From Mizuhopecten yessoensis (taxonomy: Eukaryota), in the NCBI RefSeq assembly GCF_002113885.1, contig NW_018405575.1, forward strand, positions 122,440 through 186,439: a DNA stretch of 64,000 nt. Reading direction: 5' to 3'. Of the stretch, positions 1 to 13,462 are shown piece by piece. Within the stretch, counting starts at the first letter, position 1; every line of letters starts with the position of its first letter. The notes beneath the pieces are model-generated. The model made no database searches, was not told where the DNA came from, and was given only the letters and a program-made list of their open reading frames with translations. The position numbers were made by a program, and so were the translations under genes.

Positions 1-1012
1 AGTTTGACACCTGGAACTTATGAAATACCTGTATGAGATCTAACGTTTTCTGTTCTAAGTTTGACACCTGGAACTTATGAAATACCTGTATGAGATCCAA
101 CTTTTTCTGTTCTTAGTTTGACACATGGAACTTATGAAATACCTGTATGAGATCTAACGTTTTCTGTTCTAAGTTCGACACCTGGAACTGACGAAACACC
201 TTATGAGATCTAACGTTGTATGTTCTTAGTTTGACACCTGGAACTTATGAAATACCTGTTTGAGTTCTAACGTTTTCTATTCTAAGTTTGACACCTGGAA
301 CTTATGAAACACCTGTATGAGATCTAACGTTTTCTGCTCTAAGTTTGACACCTGGAACTTATGAAACACCTGTATGAGATCTAACGTTTTCTGTTCTTAG
401 TTTGACACCTGGAACTTATGCAATACCTGTATGAGATCTAACGTTTTCTGTTCTTAGTTTGACACCTGGAACTTATGCAATACCTGTATGAGATCTAACG
501 TTTTCTGTTCCATGTTTGACACCTGGAACTTATGAAATACCTGTATGAAATCTAACGTTTTCTTTCTAAGTTTGACACCTGGAACCTATGAAGTACCTGT
601 ATGAGATCTAACGTTTTCTGTTCAAAGTTTGACACCTGGAACTTATGAAATTCCTGTATGAGATCTAACGTTGTCTGTTCTAAGTTTGACACCTGGAACT
701 GATGAAACACCTGTATGAGATCTAACGTTTTCTGTTCTAAATTTGACACATTGAACTTATGAAATACCTGTATGAGATCTAACATTTTCTGTTCTTAGTT
801 TGACACCTGGAACTTATGAAATACCTGTTTGAGATCTAACGTTTTCTATTCTAAGTTTGACACCTGGAACTTATGAAATACCTGTATGAGATCTAACATT
901 TTCTGTTCTAAGTTTGACACCTTGAACTTATGAAATACCTGTATGAGATCTAACGTTGTCTGTTTTTAGTTTGACACCTGGAACTTATGAAATACCTGTA
1001 TGAGATCTAACG
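1..1012. repeat. 57-bp tandem repeat, ~18 copies, runs off the window start
   Basis: Unit agtttgacacctggaacttatgaaatacctgtatgagatctaacgttttctgttcta repeated with few substitutions. Confidence 0.97.
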
Positions 1013-3211
1013 ATTTCTCTTATTTGTTTTTGTTTCAACTGGCACATTTGTTTATAACAAAGGACCATATACAGCATCGTACATCGAATACATCTTAAGA
1101 GAGGGTTGTATTCATTTAAGAAAATAGGTAGAATTAGTCAAGATCTTTACCCCAAGTCATCTCAAAAAGACAACAACAATGGTTTGGTTTGGTATAAATA
1201 TCCTGTATGAAAATGTTTGAAGCTCGATATGCACATATGCTTACTCTTGATATCGTGTTCATATTAAGGAGTACAGTTGAAACATACATCGCTGGATAAC
1301 GCATCGTATTAATATGTGGTGTGCATATTGTATGTGCGTGTGTGTAATTCTCTACTTCACAGTAAGCAACTCGATGAAAAAATGATACAATGACGTTACA
1401 GGAAAATCAAATATGAGATAAGCATCTCTTTCAGTCAGGGTATGTCGGCGAAATCCTAACCTACGGATTCTTTGATGTCATACCCTAGGCTTGAAGCTAG
1501 GAAGACTCAGGTGAGACGGCTCAGAGTAAAACTCCTCGGGACTGATTTGTCTTCGTCATAAACTATTTTTTTATGGATTCAAGTAGTAACAATTTGTAAT
1601 TATATTTATATTGTCAGCATATATAAGATTTAAACAATGAACGTGTACATAACATTAAATTGTCGATATAGCAATTTGTACTTCGGGCTTCTTGATAAAT
1701 TATCACATTGTATTTAAGCATCATCATAGCTTAAACGTAGTTTTACTATAATGTTAAAAAAAAAAAAAATGCAGTGCAACTTCAATTGACGGCATATAGT
1801 AAAACGCCTTAACCCTGACCTCTGAGTATACATATAAACTGCCATATTGTTCATGCAATTTAAAATGTAAAAGTAGTTTCAATAGAATGTACCTAATTAT
1901 ATGAATTTGTGCAATACAAATATTTAAATATATTTAGATGGTTTTGATGTTCATTTTATTAGATGCATCATGCAATATCCCACAGTGATACTTAATGCAA
2001 AGATAACCTGTATCTATAGAAACTTTGGTATTTATTTGGTATTTATTTGTTCCTTAATTTCTCTTGTACTGTATGGTTTTAAATGCTTAAACACATTAAA
2101 GATTTAAAAATAAATTGTATAGAATTTCTTGTTTATTCAATTTCCTTTGTATTTTTTTGTATTGAGGTTGCTTGATGTATGATTCGAGGGTTTTATATTA
2201 CAGTGCGAGGAATTGTAATTTGGATATTTTCAGTAACACTGAATTACTGTATATTTAAGGTGTATTAGGTAACACTGTATACTTGTATGCTTCGAATATC
2301 CCTACTGCATTGATACATGTGTGTTTTAAAGATGAAAAATAAATAAGTTTGACATACTTTTGTCTTCTAGCTAGCAACTCTAATTCTGTGACCAACATGT
2401 ATTTTAAACTCAGTCTAAAAGAAAATGGTGGAGGAGTGTCTGTGTGCGTTTCTTCGTACTTCAGCCATTTTGAAACATACTGTTTCAGGAACCCTGACGA
2501 GAAAACATCGAATTCAGAATATATGTTGTAACTCGCTGTTGGTACTTCTGCTACAACATTAAGCGTATATCCTCCTCCCCAACCTATTTTAAGGTTTACA
2601 AATCAACTTTTATTAAAGTTACCCAGAATAGGGTAAGAAGGATTTAAAAGCATAAATAATTACCAATATTTCTGATCAGAAAGATCAAAAAATTAAATCT
2701 ATCAAACATTCTCGAAAACCTATTATTGGTCATTTGTTAATGCATAACAAATATGAACATAATTGTTTTGCGAAAATTCAAACTGTCATTCTGGTTGTGA
2801 AATTGTCCTATTGTCGATTTATTATCTGTGTGTGTGTGATTGCGTGTGTGTTTTAAAACCAATTTTTACAAAATACGAGGTGATAGACTGTATTGGTGGA
2901 TTTTTGGTTCCCGAGGTTTTCTGTAACTTTCATAGACAAGCTATCCTGTTTCAAATGTTGGCATGATATACACTTATGTGAAATAAGTCAGTACCACTCT
3001 TAAATTTTGAAATTCATAAAGGAAAAAAACTGCTGCATGATGCAGTTTAATTAGGCTTTGCCATGCTGTATCAATCACTTAATTTTCAAGAAGCAACCTG
3101 TGTGTGGATTTTATGTTTTTGATATTCTATGCTCGACTTACTCGTTATCCCAGTTAAATTGAATAGGTTTGCTTCATCTTAACTTACAGTGTTCCTTCGT
3201 CGCCAAAGAGG

Positions 3212-5200
3212 ATGGCCACTAAAGATCCAATGATCCGGTTACAAGAAGTTTTACAATGTGCCATATGTCAGGAAAGTTACACCGATCCCAGACAACTACA
3301 CTGCGGACATGTGTTTTATTTTGAATGCATCGATACACACTTCAAGACGCGTGGTAAAAACTGTGCACCGTGCCCAGTTTGTAGATAAAAAAAACCGGGA
3401 CACAAACAATCTACAAAAGTCGTTACCCCTTCGACAACCGTTGGATATACAGCACACGACAGATCGAGCCTGTGAAACGTCTGGCTGTAATCAGAACAAG
3501 GCTCCAAACTTGTGTTTTACATGTAAGCAGTGGCTGTGTGATACCTGTAAGTCACAAAGATGTCTTCTCGTAGAAGGTGAAACAGCGCACAATGCTTTTA
3601 TAAAATCAGACATCGGTCCCGAATTGTTTGATATCGTGAAGAGAAATCGACATAGGCAATGCTATATGTATCACTCCCATGAAGTAGAATTATACTGTCT
3701 TCAGTGTAGAATGTTGTTATGTAAACTATGTCAAACAAACAGCCACCTACACCATACGCTGATAGACATAACAGCACAGTCACGTGATACCCGTGAAAAC
3801 TTGGAACAGACGGCGGCATTACTACAGAAAAAACAGCAGCAGCATAGATTTGATCTAAAAATGTACGAGGACCTCCAAACCATTGTCAATGTGGAACTAT
3901 TTAATGCCAGTGATTGTCAGAAAGTGATGGCAATGTGTTCACGTGACATCGATAACTGTGACAAAGTCATTCAGCTGATAACCCAACTGTTGAAGTTTGG
4001 CTCGGATGTGGTCATCATTGACACGTATCGCAACCTCGAAGAAAGGATAGAGACGGAACGTGGACAATGTCATTCACTTGAACCGCTGTTTACTGAACTG
4101 AACAGCAGGACGACTGGCAATAAACACATCATGGCGACATGGGTTGGTGCTTGTCACGGTGATCAACGGAAACATCCTATTTCTGACTCTGGTGTGGACG
4201 ATCTCTCTGTGAGTGAATGAAGCCTAGAGGAAGGAATTCCTCTTGAAGATAACTCTTGTGAGATATTCAATTGTGTCAGCAGCGCACAAACACAACTTCT
4301 GTGTTTATCGTGTATGAAATGGATTGGTGAAGTATGCTCAAGAAGACGTTGTCTTAAGAATGATTCCGACGCCACACACGAGGAGATTCCTTTAGCTGAG
4401 ATCGATAGACACATATATTACGTTATAATGAGAGATAGAAACTTTTCTTGCAAATCACATCCGACCAACGATGTCACACTTTTTTGCACACAGTGCAACA
4501 TTCCATTGTTCAAAACATGTCGCGTCAACGGTCATTTGGGTCATCCGACGATGAAAATCTCTGACGGATCTCAGGTCTGTTCTAGAAAATTAAAATGGTA
4601 CGAAGAAAAACTACATTAACAAGTCCAAGATTATAAAACAACCAGACACAAATTTCTTGAAATCCAAAATTCACCATGCGCAGAAGCACTTAATCCATCG
4701 TATTGTGAAAATATCACCAGCAGGTGTGAATCGGGAATAGACGCATGCGATGATTTCGTCAAACGCATCACAATTCTACTTCATTATGGTAGCCCCTCTG
4801 TCAGCTGGTATGTTTTATTAGTGACACATTGGATCAAGTGAACAGTTTTGCTGATGATGCAGCAAGATCTGATGATAAAGCAGAGACTGAAAACACAGGC
4901 GAAGAGGTTCAACAGGAAATACATGTCAACGGTCCAGAGAGTAACACAGCGGATACCTCAGTGGTAAATGGTCTGGAGGATAACAGAACGGCTATCCAAA
5001 TGGTCAATGGTCCGGAGAGTAATATCTCAGTTCGGCTACGTGTTACAACATTTGTGCGCAATTCTGCGAGTGAAATGCCAAACAATCCAAATTCTAGTGA
5101 GGAATGTAACGTTAGGGCACACGTAGGATATTTAATGTCGGTATGGGGGAATATTAAGGAGATGTTGCAAACTATGTCACGATTTGTGTTTGGTTCTTAA
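3212..5200 (+). pseudogene. TRIM-like pseudogene (RING-B1-B2-CC-B1-B2-CC), paralog of 11735..13462
   Basis: Acceptor ttacag at 3189. ATG 3212 reads MATKDP...CAIC...CGHVFYFEC...CPVCR, with one RING Cys changed to Tyr, then TAA 3386-3388 and a frameshift. In-frame TGA 4218-4220 and TAA 4617-4619 interrupt sequence that aligns to the intact paralog. Another frameshift near 4800. Confidence 0.88.
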
Positions 5201-7466
5201 GTTAATAATGATGAGAAATATTGAAAGGGAAAGCAATATTCTAAGAAATACAGTCAATAATCACTACATATTTGTACCGCTGGCGTTCGAGCAAACTAGA
5301 GAAAAAGTGTTTTCTTCTCCACATATTTCCACGCTTTATCATTTTCTTCTTTATTCTTTCTATGCCTTCCCTTCACTCATACCTTGAGCGACGAAGGGAC
5401 AGGACGTCCCGCTAGTGTGCTACATGTACACTAGCTAGGTTTACAGAGCCATGGCGACCGTTTCTTTATAAAGAACTGACATGATTTCTACCAATATATA
5501 TCGACACCCGGCATCACATGATGAGTGAATGATATCTATAATTATTATTACTAGAATTATTATTAAATATATATTTTACAGAAATTATTCAGATATGAAC
5601 GTAACCGTAACGTTTGGAAATGTAGTCTGTAGATCTAGGTACATGACAGGGTCAGTATTTTATAATTATAAGTTCTCATACGAACCATATCTATATGAAG
5701 GGATACATTTTTACCAATTCTATACAGTTTAATAATGCTCTCTTTATATTTTTGGTTCGTCTATCGTCAATAATGTAAATAATGTAAATGTGTAAACGTT
5801 AGGTGCATTCTTTTCCTAATGTTGTCAATTGTATTAGTCGTATTGTCAAAACCTGTTTATATATATATTAGGGTTTTTCTTCCCACGGGGAGAATAAACT
5901 TATCAAATGTACCAGATGTGTTGGCGTCTTCTTACTAAAGCAAAGAACCTGAAAATTAAACATGGTTCTTATGGAATTCCTGTATCAGATAAGATTATCA
6001 CCAATGTTTAGTTGTATCAATAATCTATACAAAAAGAAACCGAAGAGAAAAAATACGAGTGGAATATATCACGATTCTCCACAATAAAAACTTGTAGGCG
6101 ATGACTGTTGGTAATACGAGGAAACGCTTGTGTGCGATTTGTTAGCGACGAATTGTAAAATGGAGTATTTTTGATTTCAGTATTGGTAGGGAAATGTTTG
6201 AAACTCGACCATGGAAGCACGTGTGACTCTGTATGACGAGTGTAGATTTTGAAGTACATGTGTAACAGAGAAGGTAACTACTTGCAGCTGTTATAAAATC
6301 ATTTGTTGTTACAATTGTTTCCAACAAAGTATTAATTTAATCATTGAAATAATTTGTCATAAATCAAGCAACAAAATATCCTCACTGAATAAATAGTATA
6401 ACACGTTCACGAAGGGTAAGTCGTGTTTCCTAAATCACAGATTTATTAACGCGTATCACCATTGTTTGCGCCGAAAATAGCGTTGCAATGCCATCTCAAT
6501 GAATCTGTAAACCGACAAATAATGGTGAACGCGGATATTGTCCAATTAATCTCGTTCAACGCTCAGGCGAGCTCGAGGCTAGGTAGAGGCTAAGTGTGAC
6601 GTGCCCTAACGCTCCACCTATAAATACCGAACGATCTCTATGGACGACATGTCGGGTGATTTAGATAGTCGATCCAAAACACACACATTTGTATGCTAAC
6701 AGGACTGTTATATACTGGTACATTATATTGTTGAAATATTACGCCAACGCAATGACGCTGTTAAATATTCAACAATGTTTTGTCAGTGGCAGCTACATTT
6801 GTAAATGCTCTACAGCTTGACGTTATGACAATCCCGCATGGAAAATGCCAAACGCCATTTCACTTTAAACTTGAGATAGCTGTGACCTAAACGCATACGT
6901 TTTGGTGAAAATTGTTATCAGTTTTCAGTCGCAACGGGATAACAGAAATAAAAATTACTGTTTATAATCAGTTTCTGGTGAAATACACGAGTTGTATTCA
7001 AACCCTAGAATTGAAATTTCTCATGGACAGGATATCGTTTAATAATTTTCAAGACCCAAAAACATTGGTCTATTTTTATCCTACCCCCACCACCCACCCC
7101 GATATATATATAGATATAATTATAGCCAGTTTATTTCGTTTTCCTTTCATTTACAAAACTGTCGCCTGTTTCACCTGTTATCCATCAGTACTTTTGGACA
7201 AGAGATAAAGAATAAGCCTCCTCGTGCAGGGATGCCAAAGAAATAAAAAATAAATCGGTGGAGATTATCTTAGCTTAGGCTTAAAAATAAGACTAAGATT
7301 GATATTTCTTCATCATATCGTGTTTGTACAGTGAGATTATATAAGTATGCATTTACATTTTAAGCATTTATAACACATTAGTTAAGGTTTAAACAATGAA
7401 CATGTATTTACCATAACATTATGATTGTAGATATAATAACATTTTAATATTATTCATACCTTGTCA

Positions 7467-7676
7467 CATCCTCGATATCCAGGGGTTACGCTCACTTTCG
7501 CTCGCTACACACCTGGACTATGTCATAGCAAAACCGAAGCATCAGCATAGTGATTGGTCCGAACTATTTTTACCTGACACCAAAAAAATAGCTAGCCACG
7601 TGCCTTCAATTTTGCTATGAAATGTTGTAAGGGTGCAGAGAGCGAAAGTGTTCGAAACCTCTGGATATCGAGTATG
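7467..7676. mobile_element. MITE with long terminal inverted repeats (CATCCTCGATATCCAGGGG...)
   Basis: Ends are reverse complements over ~70 bp; second copy at 56320..56657. Confidence 0.75.
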
Positions 7677-10600
7677 ACCTCGTCATAGGATAAAATAAGT
7701 TTTATTATAATTTTTGACATAACATATTGCAATGACTTGTCAATGTATTGTTGCAAGTTTAACCTGACCTTTATGTATTGACATATAGTACCAAATCATT
7801 CATATCAGTTAAACGCTATTGTACGTATTCATATGCAACGGAAATATGCATCTATTGAATTTGTATTTGTCTTGAATTTTAATCTCTCTGGCAATTTATC
7901 TCATTATTGTTTGCTGATGAATAATTTCAACATAAAATTATAATAGAAAAAAAATCGAGTTCCTTGTTTATTTAATTGCTTTTTATTTTGGATTTATTTT
8001 GTTACAGTGCGTGGTTTTATAATTTGGGTGTGTGTTTTAAGTTTTAATGGGTGGTTTATAATTTGGGTGTTTTAAGTTTCACTCCTTGATTGTATATTTT
8101 AAGATTTAAGTAATACGATGTTAAATGATGTTTTTGATTCACACTGTTGTTTTAAAGAAGTATAATTCATTTTGAACATCAATGTTCTAACCACAAACCA
8201 AAAAATTAAAATAAATAATGTACTGGTCGGTCCACGTGAATCATATTATGACATTTCTAAGACAGGTGTTCTTACAAGATTATATCTTATTAAGATTATT
8301 GATTTTTAAGTTTGTGTGTGTTTTTTTTTGTTTTTTTTTCATTGTTTTAATAATATTTTGAACACCCATACACCCCAGGGTTCCGAGCTGATGCTGTATG
8401 AATTTAATCTAAATACGGTTAAATAGAGGTTCCCAACTAGTAACTGTTGGTTATCAAGTTTATCTAACTCGGGTTGGTGAATTTACCGAGTGTGTTTTAC
8501 GATTTGAAAATTAACTAACGACAGTTAGATAAACATGATAACCTACCATCATGGGTTTTGGGTCCTTTTAATAATATTTATATCTGGTTAGCCATAAGCT
8601 TCACTCGAAAATACACTATTTCGGCTTCCGTTGGGGGAATCGATACCTAATAGGTTTAGTCAATGAATCGGGAGTGAGGAAACCTATAGTGGTCGTGGGG
8701 GGAATGAATAGAACAACAACAATAATAACAAAGGTATATGACTATAAATAACGGATTGACGTCCGTCACAATATAGAGTCTCATCCAGTATGTTGTTAAG
8801 TTGATATTTGGTTTGTCCGTGGATAGATTGTGATCTACTGAGATGCAGGAAGTAAACATTTTAAATACTTAATAATACAGACATGCTTTTATTATGTTAT
8901 TATGTGCTCCTTTGTACAACTTCTGTGATTGGTTAATGGTAGCACATTTGGCCCCAAAACAGCCATAAATACAGCTGGGTATTTTTCATGGGACTTTTTA
9001 AAAGCTTTCCCAAAGCCCCATTTGTTCAATACGCCATTGCTGTTCGAGTTGCATCCATTAACATAAACCAGACTCGAAGTTTATTAAAATTATAATGTGT
9101 GAAATAAATAAGTTTAAACTACAATAGACTAGACCAATTTCACAACACTGACATGTCCTATCGTTTGACATATCGACCATATCAATACGATAAAGCTCAC
9201 ACTGAAAAGGTATTTCAATGTCTCAAATGACTTCTTTGATGTCCCTTAAGCAGAATACAAGTCATTCCCATGAATACAAAAGAAAGTTCACGATTCTAAA
9301 GTGGCTTAAAATTAGTCTCCGCTGTCATACAGTCTGTTCTTTTCTCGAACCTGCAGATCACAATAAATTAAAACAAGAAAATGGGATAAAGATGTAAAGT
9401 ACATTATTAAGGTAATAACTACACGGGTGCCAGTTTTAACCAATGGAATATTGTTATACATAAAGCCTTTCATATGTGAAGCTATTTGAACTAGGTTCAA
9501 TACTGAAGACAACACAAACTTTACCACCTCATTAAGGAAAACATAATTAATTATACTAAATATATGGCACCGTACGTAAAAATTATAGCATGACTTGTAT
9601 TTTATGACATGAAATCGGTAGATGTTACCAGCCACGTTTCTTCCTCTATATTTCGAAGTGGTTCTTAAGAATTATCTCCAATATAAGATAATGGAATCAA
9701 AATTGAAAAAAAATACCCTCATGTGGATTCAAGCAAAGAACTTTAGACTCGTGGTATCAGAATCCCACAGCATTTACAATCAGATCAATAATACGACATA
9801 AGGCGCCTTAATAAAACGTTTCCTTGTTTTTACACATTATGCCTGTTCAGGTGAAGTCAGGAGGAATTAAGTAAACATCAGGCATTTTGACGGACCATAT
9901 CTATGTACACATAACTGTTTTGGTACACACGCACTGCCTTACCTTACACTATTAATACACGAACACATTATTGTTTTGGTACACACACATTGCCTGACCT
10001 GGCACTATTAGTACACAGCCATTAGACACACGACACATAAAACAAGAATTACGTACACTAAAAGACGCTAACGCACCCAAGTCGTACTACATTTCTGACC
10101 TTTAACGTTAACCGCATACCGTTAAACGTATATAGTTAAAGATACTTGTACCTCCGGCAAAATATGTTATAATGAATTTGAAACGTTCTTATCGGCCTGA
10201 GAATTTTTTTAAAACATATTTTTGAAAAAGTAAGCCTCACGAAAGATTATGAACATACTGAAGATGAAATAAAATAAATTAAAAAATGAGTAAATAAAAA
10301 TGACACCAGTATTCTGAGAGTAAACATCAAAGAAAGGAACTGACCCATGATTTTATTATTCGATCACAATACGGTCATTAGAACCAACTAAGCTGCCTTA
10401 TTAGATGTAGTACGCCCATTTTCAGGACAGCATTTCCTGTTGTGGTACTGGGGTAATTATCAGTTAGAGGTTGTAATATGTTATAATATAGTGAGGAATA
10501 ATAGCAGATATAGTAATAACATGGTCCTATAATAAGGTTTTCATCACACTTTTAAAGACAACTTTTATAGTTGAAAAAAACCCCGATTCAATTAAACAAT

Positions 10601-11139
10601 TTACCAAATTTATGTATAATATAATTCTTAATTCACTAAAATAGTGACTACAAAAATCAAAAATTTAGTCTTACGTGGTCATTTTTAAAGCAAACAGAAA
10701 TGATTTACATAATCTTTCACTTCATTATCAAATCAAATCAATACACATTAGTTTTCCACATACGCTTTTATTAACTGTGCTGTATTGCTATAATCAGAGA
10801 CAAAATTGTGATAGAGCAAAATAGTCTTTTGTAATACAATCACCTTTAATAATGTATACACATTTAAACAACATACAATCACATATCACAGGTGTGTATT
10901 AATCATATTGTACATTATAATTGTTTTTACCGTAATCATTGCACTGAGAAACGCCCGACCTCGAAGTTGAAGGTATCCCGTCCCACGTGGCCTCATATAT
11001 CTACATATTTCACGCGCGTGTGCTCACTGGAATGTATCAATATAACCAAAGCTCTTTTATGTACTTTTGAAATTGCTTATGAACACTGCAGCACGTCTCG
11101 CAAATGTAACTGTGCGATGTTAAAAAAGCGTCTCCTCGC

Positions 11140-11780
11140 CGGTTTCAAATGCCATATTATCACTATTCCTTTTGGACAGAATTTGTCCGAGGATTACAGA
11201 ATGCCTCTCCATCCACGGTTTAAAATCATAACACTAATCATTGCATCTTCACTCACTGTGGGTTACGAGTAGGTAGACTGGATCATACCCGATCGTTACC
11301 CTTGGCTAGCGAAGACGTATTACATATGGAGTGTTTCCAAGAATAAAGTAATGCCTCACCGTCCACGGTTTCAAATACCATCAATATTCCATGTGGACAG
11401 ATATGTCCATAGTTTATGAAATGCCCTTCCGTCCACGGTTTAAAATAATATCACTATTCCTTATGTACAGAGTGTGTTCGTGGTATAAGAAATTCCTTTC
11501 CGTCCACGGTTTAAAATACAATCACTATTCCTTTTGGACAGAGTGTGTACGTGGTTGAAGAAATGCCTATCTGTCCACGGTTTAAAACACCGTCACTATT
11601 CTTCGTGGATAGGGTGTCCAAGGTCTAAGAAATGCTTTTCTTTCAAGGGTTTAAAATCCATCACTATTCCTTGCGGACAGAGTCTGTCCGTGGTTTAAGA
11701 AATGCCTATCCGTCCACAGTTTAAAATATCATCACTATCCCTTGTAGCCAGACATCACATCCGTGTCTAAAGACTCAGTT
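11140..11780. repeat. Degenerate ~71-bp tandem repeat overlapping the stop codon and 3' UTR of the TRIM gene
   Basis: tcactattcc-like motif at 11160, 11381, 11451, 11522, 11593, 11661, 11732. Confidence 0.85.
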
Positions 11781-13462
11781 ATGAGGCTCGCAAATCGTTC
11801 AAGGTTTCTCATGTATTCCAGTGGCGTTTCTTTAAGTTGGATCTCGACATGTGCATCCATCTTTCCGAACATTTCAACGATGACTCTGTGACTACCGTAG
11901 AGAAGGAGGGAAGTGATATCCCTGTACAATATGTTACACTGAGCCAAACCGGAGTCACATTTACCGACAACTGTCGCACAATATGACGGACTCAAAAGTT
12001 CTGAACAGGATTCTTCTTGCATTTTCATAAACGTGTCTCGAGTTGTTGAATAGTCTTTTATTTGTTTCTGCAACCGTTCTTGATAACCTTCCATCTGATC
12101 ACAACTCTCACGTGACCGTGTGGTGACACCAACCACATTGTGATGTAGATGACCTGTTTTACATACCTTACATATCAGTACATTGCACGTGTAGCAGAAC
12201 TGGTCGATAACATGTTCCGAATGTACATTACATGTGTCATGGCGGCTCCTGATAATGAAATCATACAGAGTTCGGTCAATGTCGTCAGGGCGCACAGCCT
12301 CGTGCTTGTCAGTTGGGCAACTATCGGAGCATCGTCGTTGTTTGCAGGATCCACAAATCCAATTCCGGCATCTCATACAAATAAACAATACGGTCTTTCT
12401 CTTATTCGTGCAATTTGAGGATTCGCATGCTTGTGGTCTGTCTACATTTAAAATAAAGATGGCAGAATTTAAACTATTATGTCTAATCTTCGGACTTTTG
12501 TTTGAACCTGCCGTCCGTGAAGACGTTCTGGACTGATCAAATCCACGGCCTGAGCACTTCTGAATTTCCTTAAGATCTTCATCCATTGAGTAACATTTCC
12601 TTAGCTCTGTGCCTATACGATCCTCAAGAAGCAGAAATGTATTTACGACAACTGCATCCGAACCAAATGTCAAAAGATGTGTTATCGATTGAACAAGATT
12701 GTCACAACTAGCAATAGCACTATCACAATATTCAGACATTTTAAGACAGTGACCGAAGTTTATTAACTTCACGTGTTCAAGGTTTTTATAAAGTTCGTAA
12801 TTTGTACTGTGTTCTCCTTGTTTTTCTTGTAGTGATGAGACCGTCCGTAACAAACTTTCGCGGGTCTCGCGTGATTGTTCTTTGACGTATACCAGTTTGT
12901 GGTGAAGATGACTGTTTGATTTGCACAATTTGCAAACTAGCATCCTACACTTTTGGCAATACCATTCTACGTCATGTGTATTGTGCTTACAACATCGATT
13001 GTTACGGCTTCTTTTCACAACATCAAACAGTCCTTTGTCGATTTCGGTTTGTATGAAAGCTGTGTGCGCTGTATCCCCCTCATTCTCAGCGAGAAGACAT
13101 CTTTGTAACCTACAGGTATCACACAGCCATTGTCGACATGTCAAACACAGGAAAGGAGCACAGTCCGTGTTACAGCTTAATGCTTCACACTCTTGAGCCA
13201 CGTGTTTCGTCATGTCCATTAGCTGATGTAGAATGGGTATGGCTTTGGTTAGATTGTTTGCGTCACGTTTATGAGGCCAATACCTTGCTCTACATATTGG
13301 ACATGGGGCGCAATTTTTGTCCGTGGTTTTGAAATGTCTGTCGATACATTCAAAACAAAACACGTGCCCACAGGGTAGTTGTCTAGGATCTGTGAAACCT
13401 TGTAAACATATTCCACATCTTAGAATTTCCTCCACCTCTGTCAATGGTTCTTGGGAGGCCAT
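11735..13462 (-). CDS. TRIM-like RING E3 ligase, RING-(B-box1-B-box2-coiled coil)x2, 575 aa, intronless CDS
   Basis: C3HC4 RING (CGIC...CGHVFCFEC...CPIC) and two sets of B-box1, B-box2 (CxxH...CxxCxxxxCxxC...H..H) and helical region. Acceptor ttaacag just upstream (exon starts 13470) makes MASQEP (13462) the likely start. Confidence 0.92.
   Translation of the reverse strand: MASQEPLTEVEEILRCGICLQGFTDPRQLPCGHVFCFECIDRHFKTTDKNCAPCPICRARYWPHKRDANNLTKAIPILHQLMDMTKHVAQECEALSCNTDCAPFLCLTCRQWLCDTCRLQRCLLAENEGDTAHTAFIQTEIDKGLFDVVKRSRNNRCCKHNTHDVEWYCQKCRMLVCKLCKSNSHLHHKLVYVKEQSRETRESLLRTVSSLQEKQGEHSTNYELYKNLEHVKLINFGHCLKMSEYCDSAIASCDNLVQSITHLLTFGSDAVVVNTFLLLEDRIGTELRKCYSMDEDLKEIQKCSGRGFDQSRTSSRTAGSNKSPKIRHNSLNSAIFILNVDRPQACESSNCTNKRKTVLFICMRCRNWICGSCKQRRCSDSCPTDKHEAVRPDDIDRTLYDFIIRSRHDTCNVHSEHVIDQFCYTCNVLICKVCKTGHLHHNVVGVTTRSRESCDQMEGYQERLQKQIKDYSTTRDTFMKMQEESCSELLSPSYCATVVGKCDSGLAQCNILYRDITSLLLYGSHRVIVEMFGKMDAHVEIQLKETPLEYMRNLERFASLITESLDTDVMSGYKG

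Noticed and set aside
552-785. 77-aa repeat (LRR-like) protein
   Set aside because: A by-product of the 57-bp (19-codon) unit; other units contain stops and no true LRR consensus is present.
4218-4220. Selenocysteine or readthrough TGA
   Set aside because: The same locus also has TAA stops, frameshifts and a lost RING Cys, so pseudogene decay is simpler.
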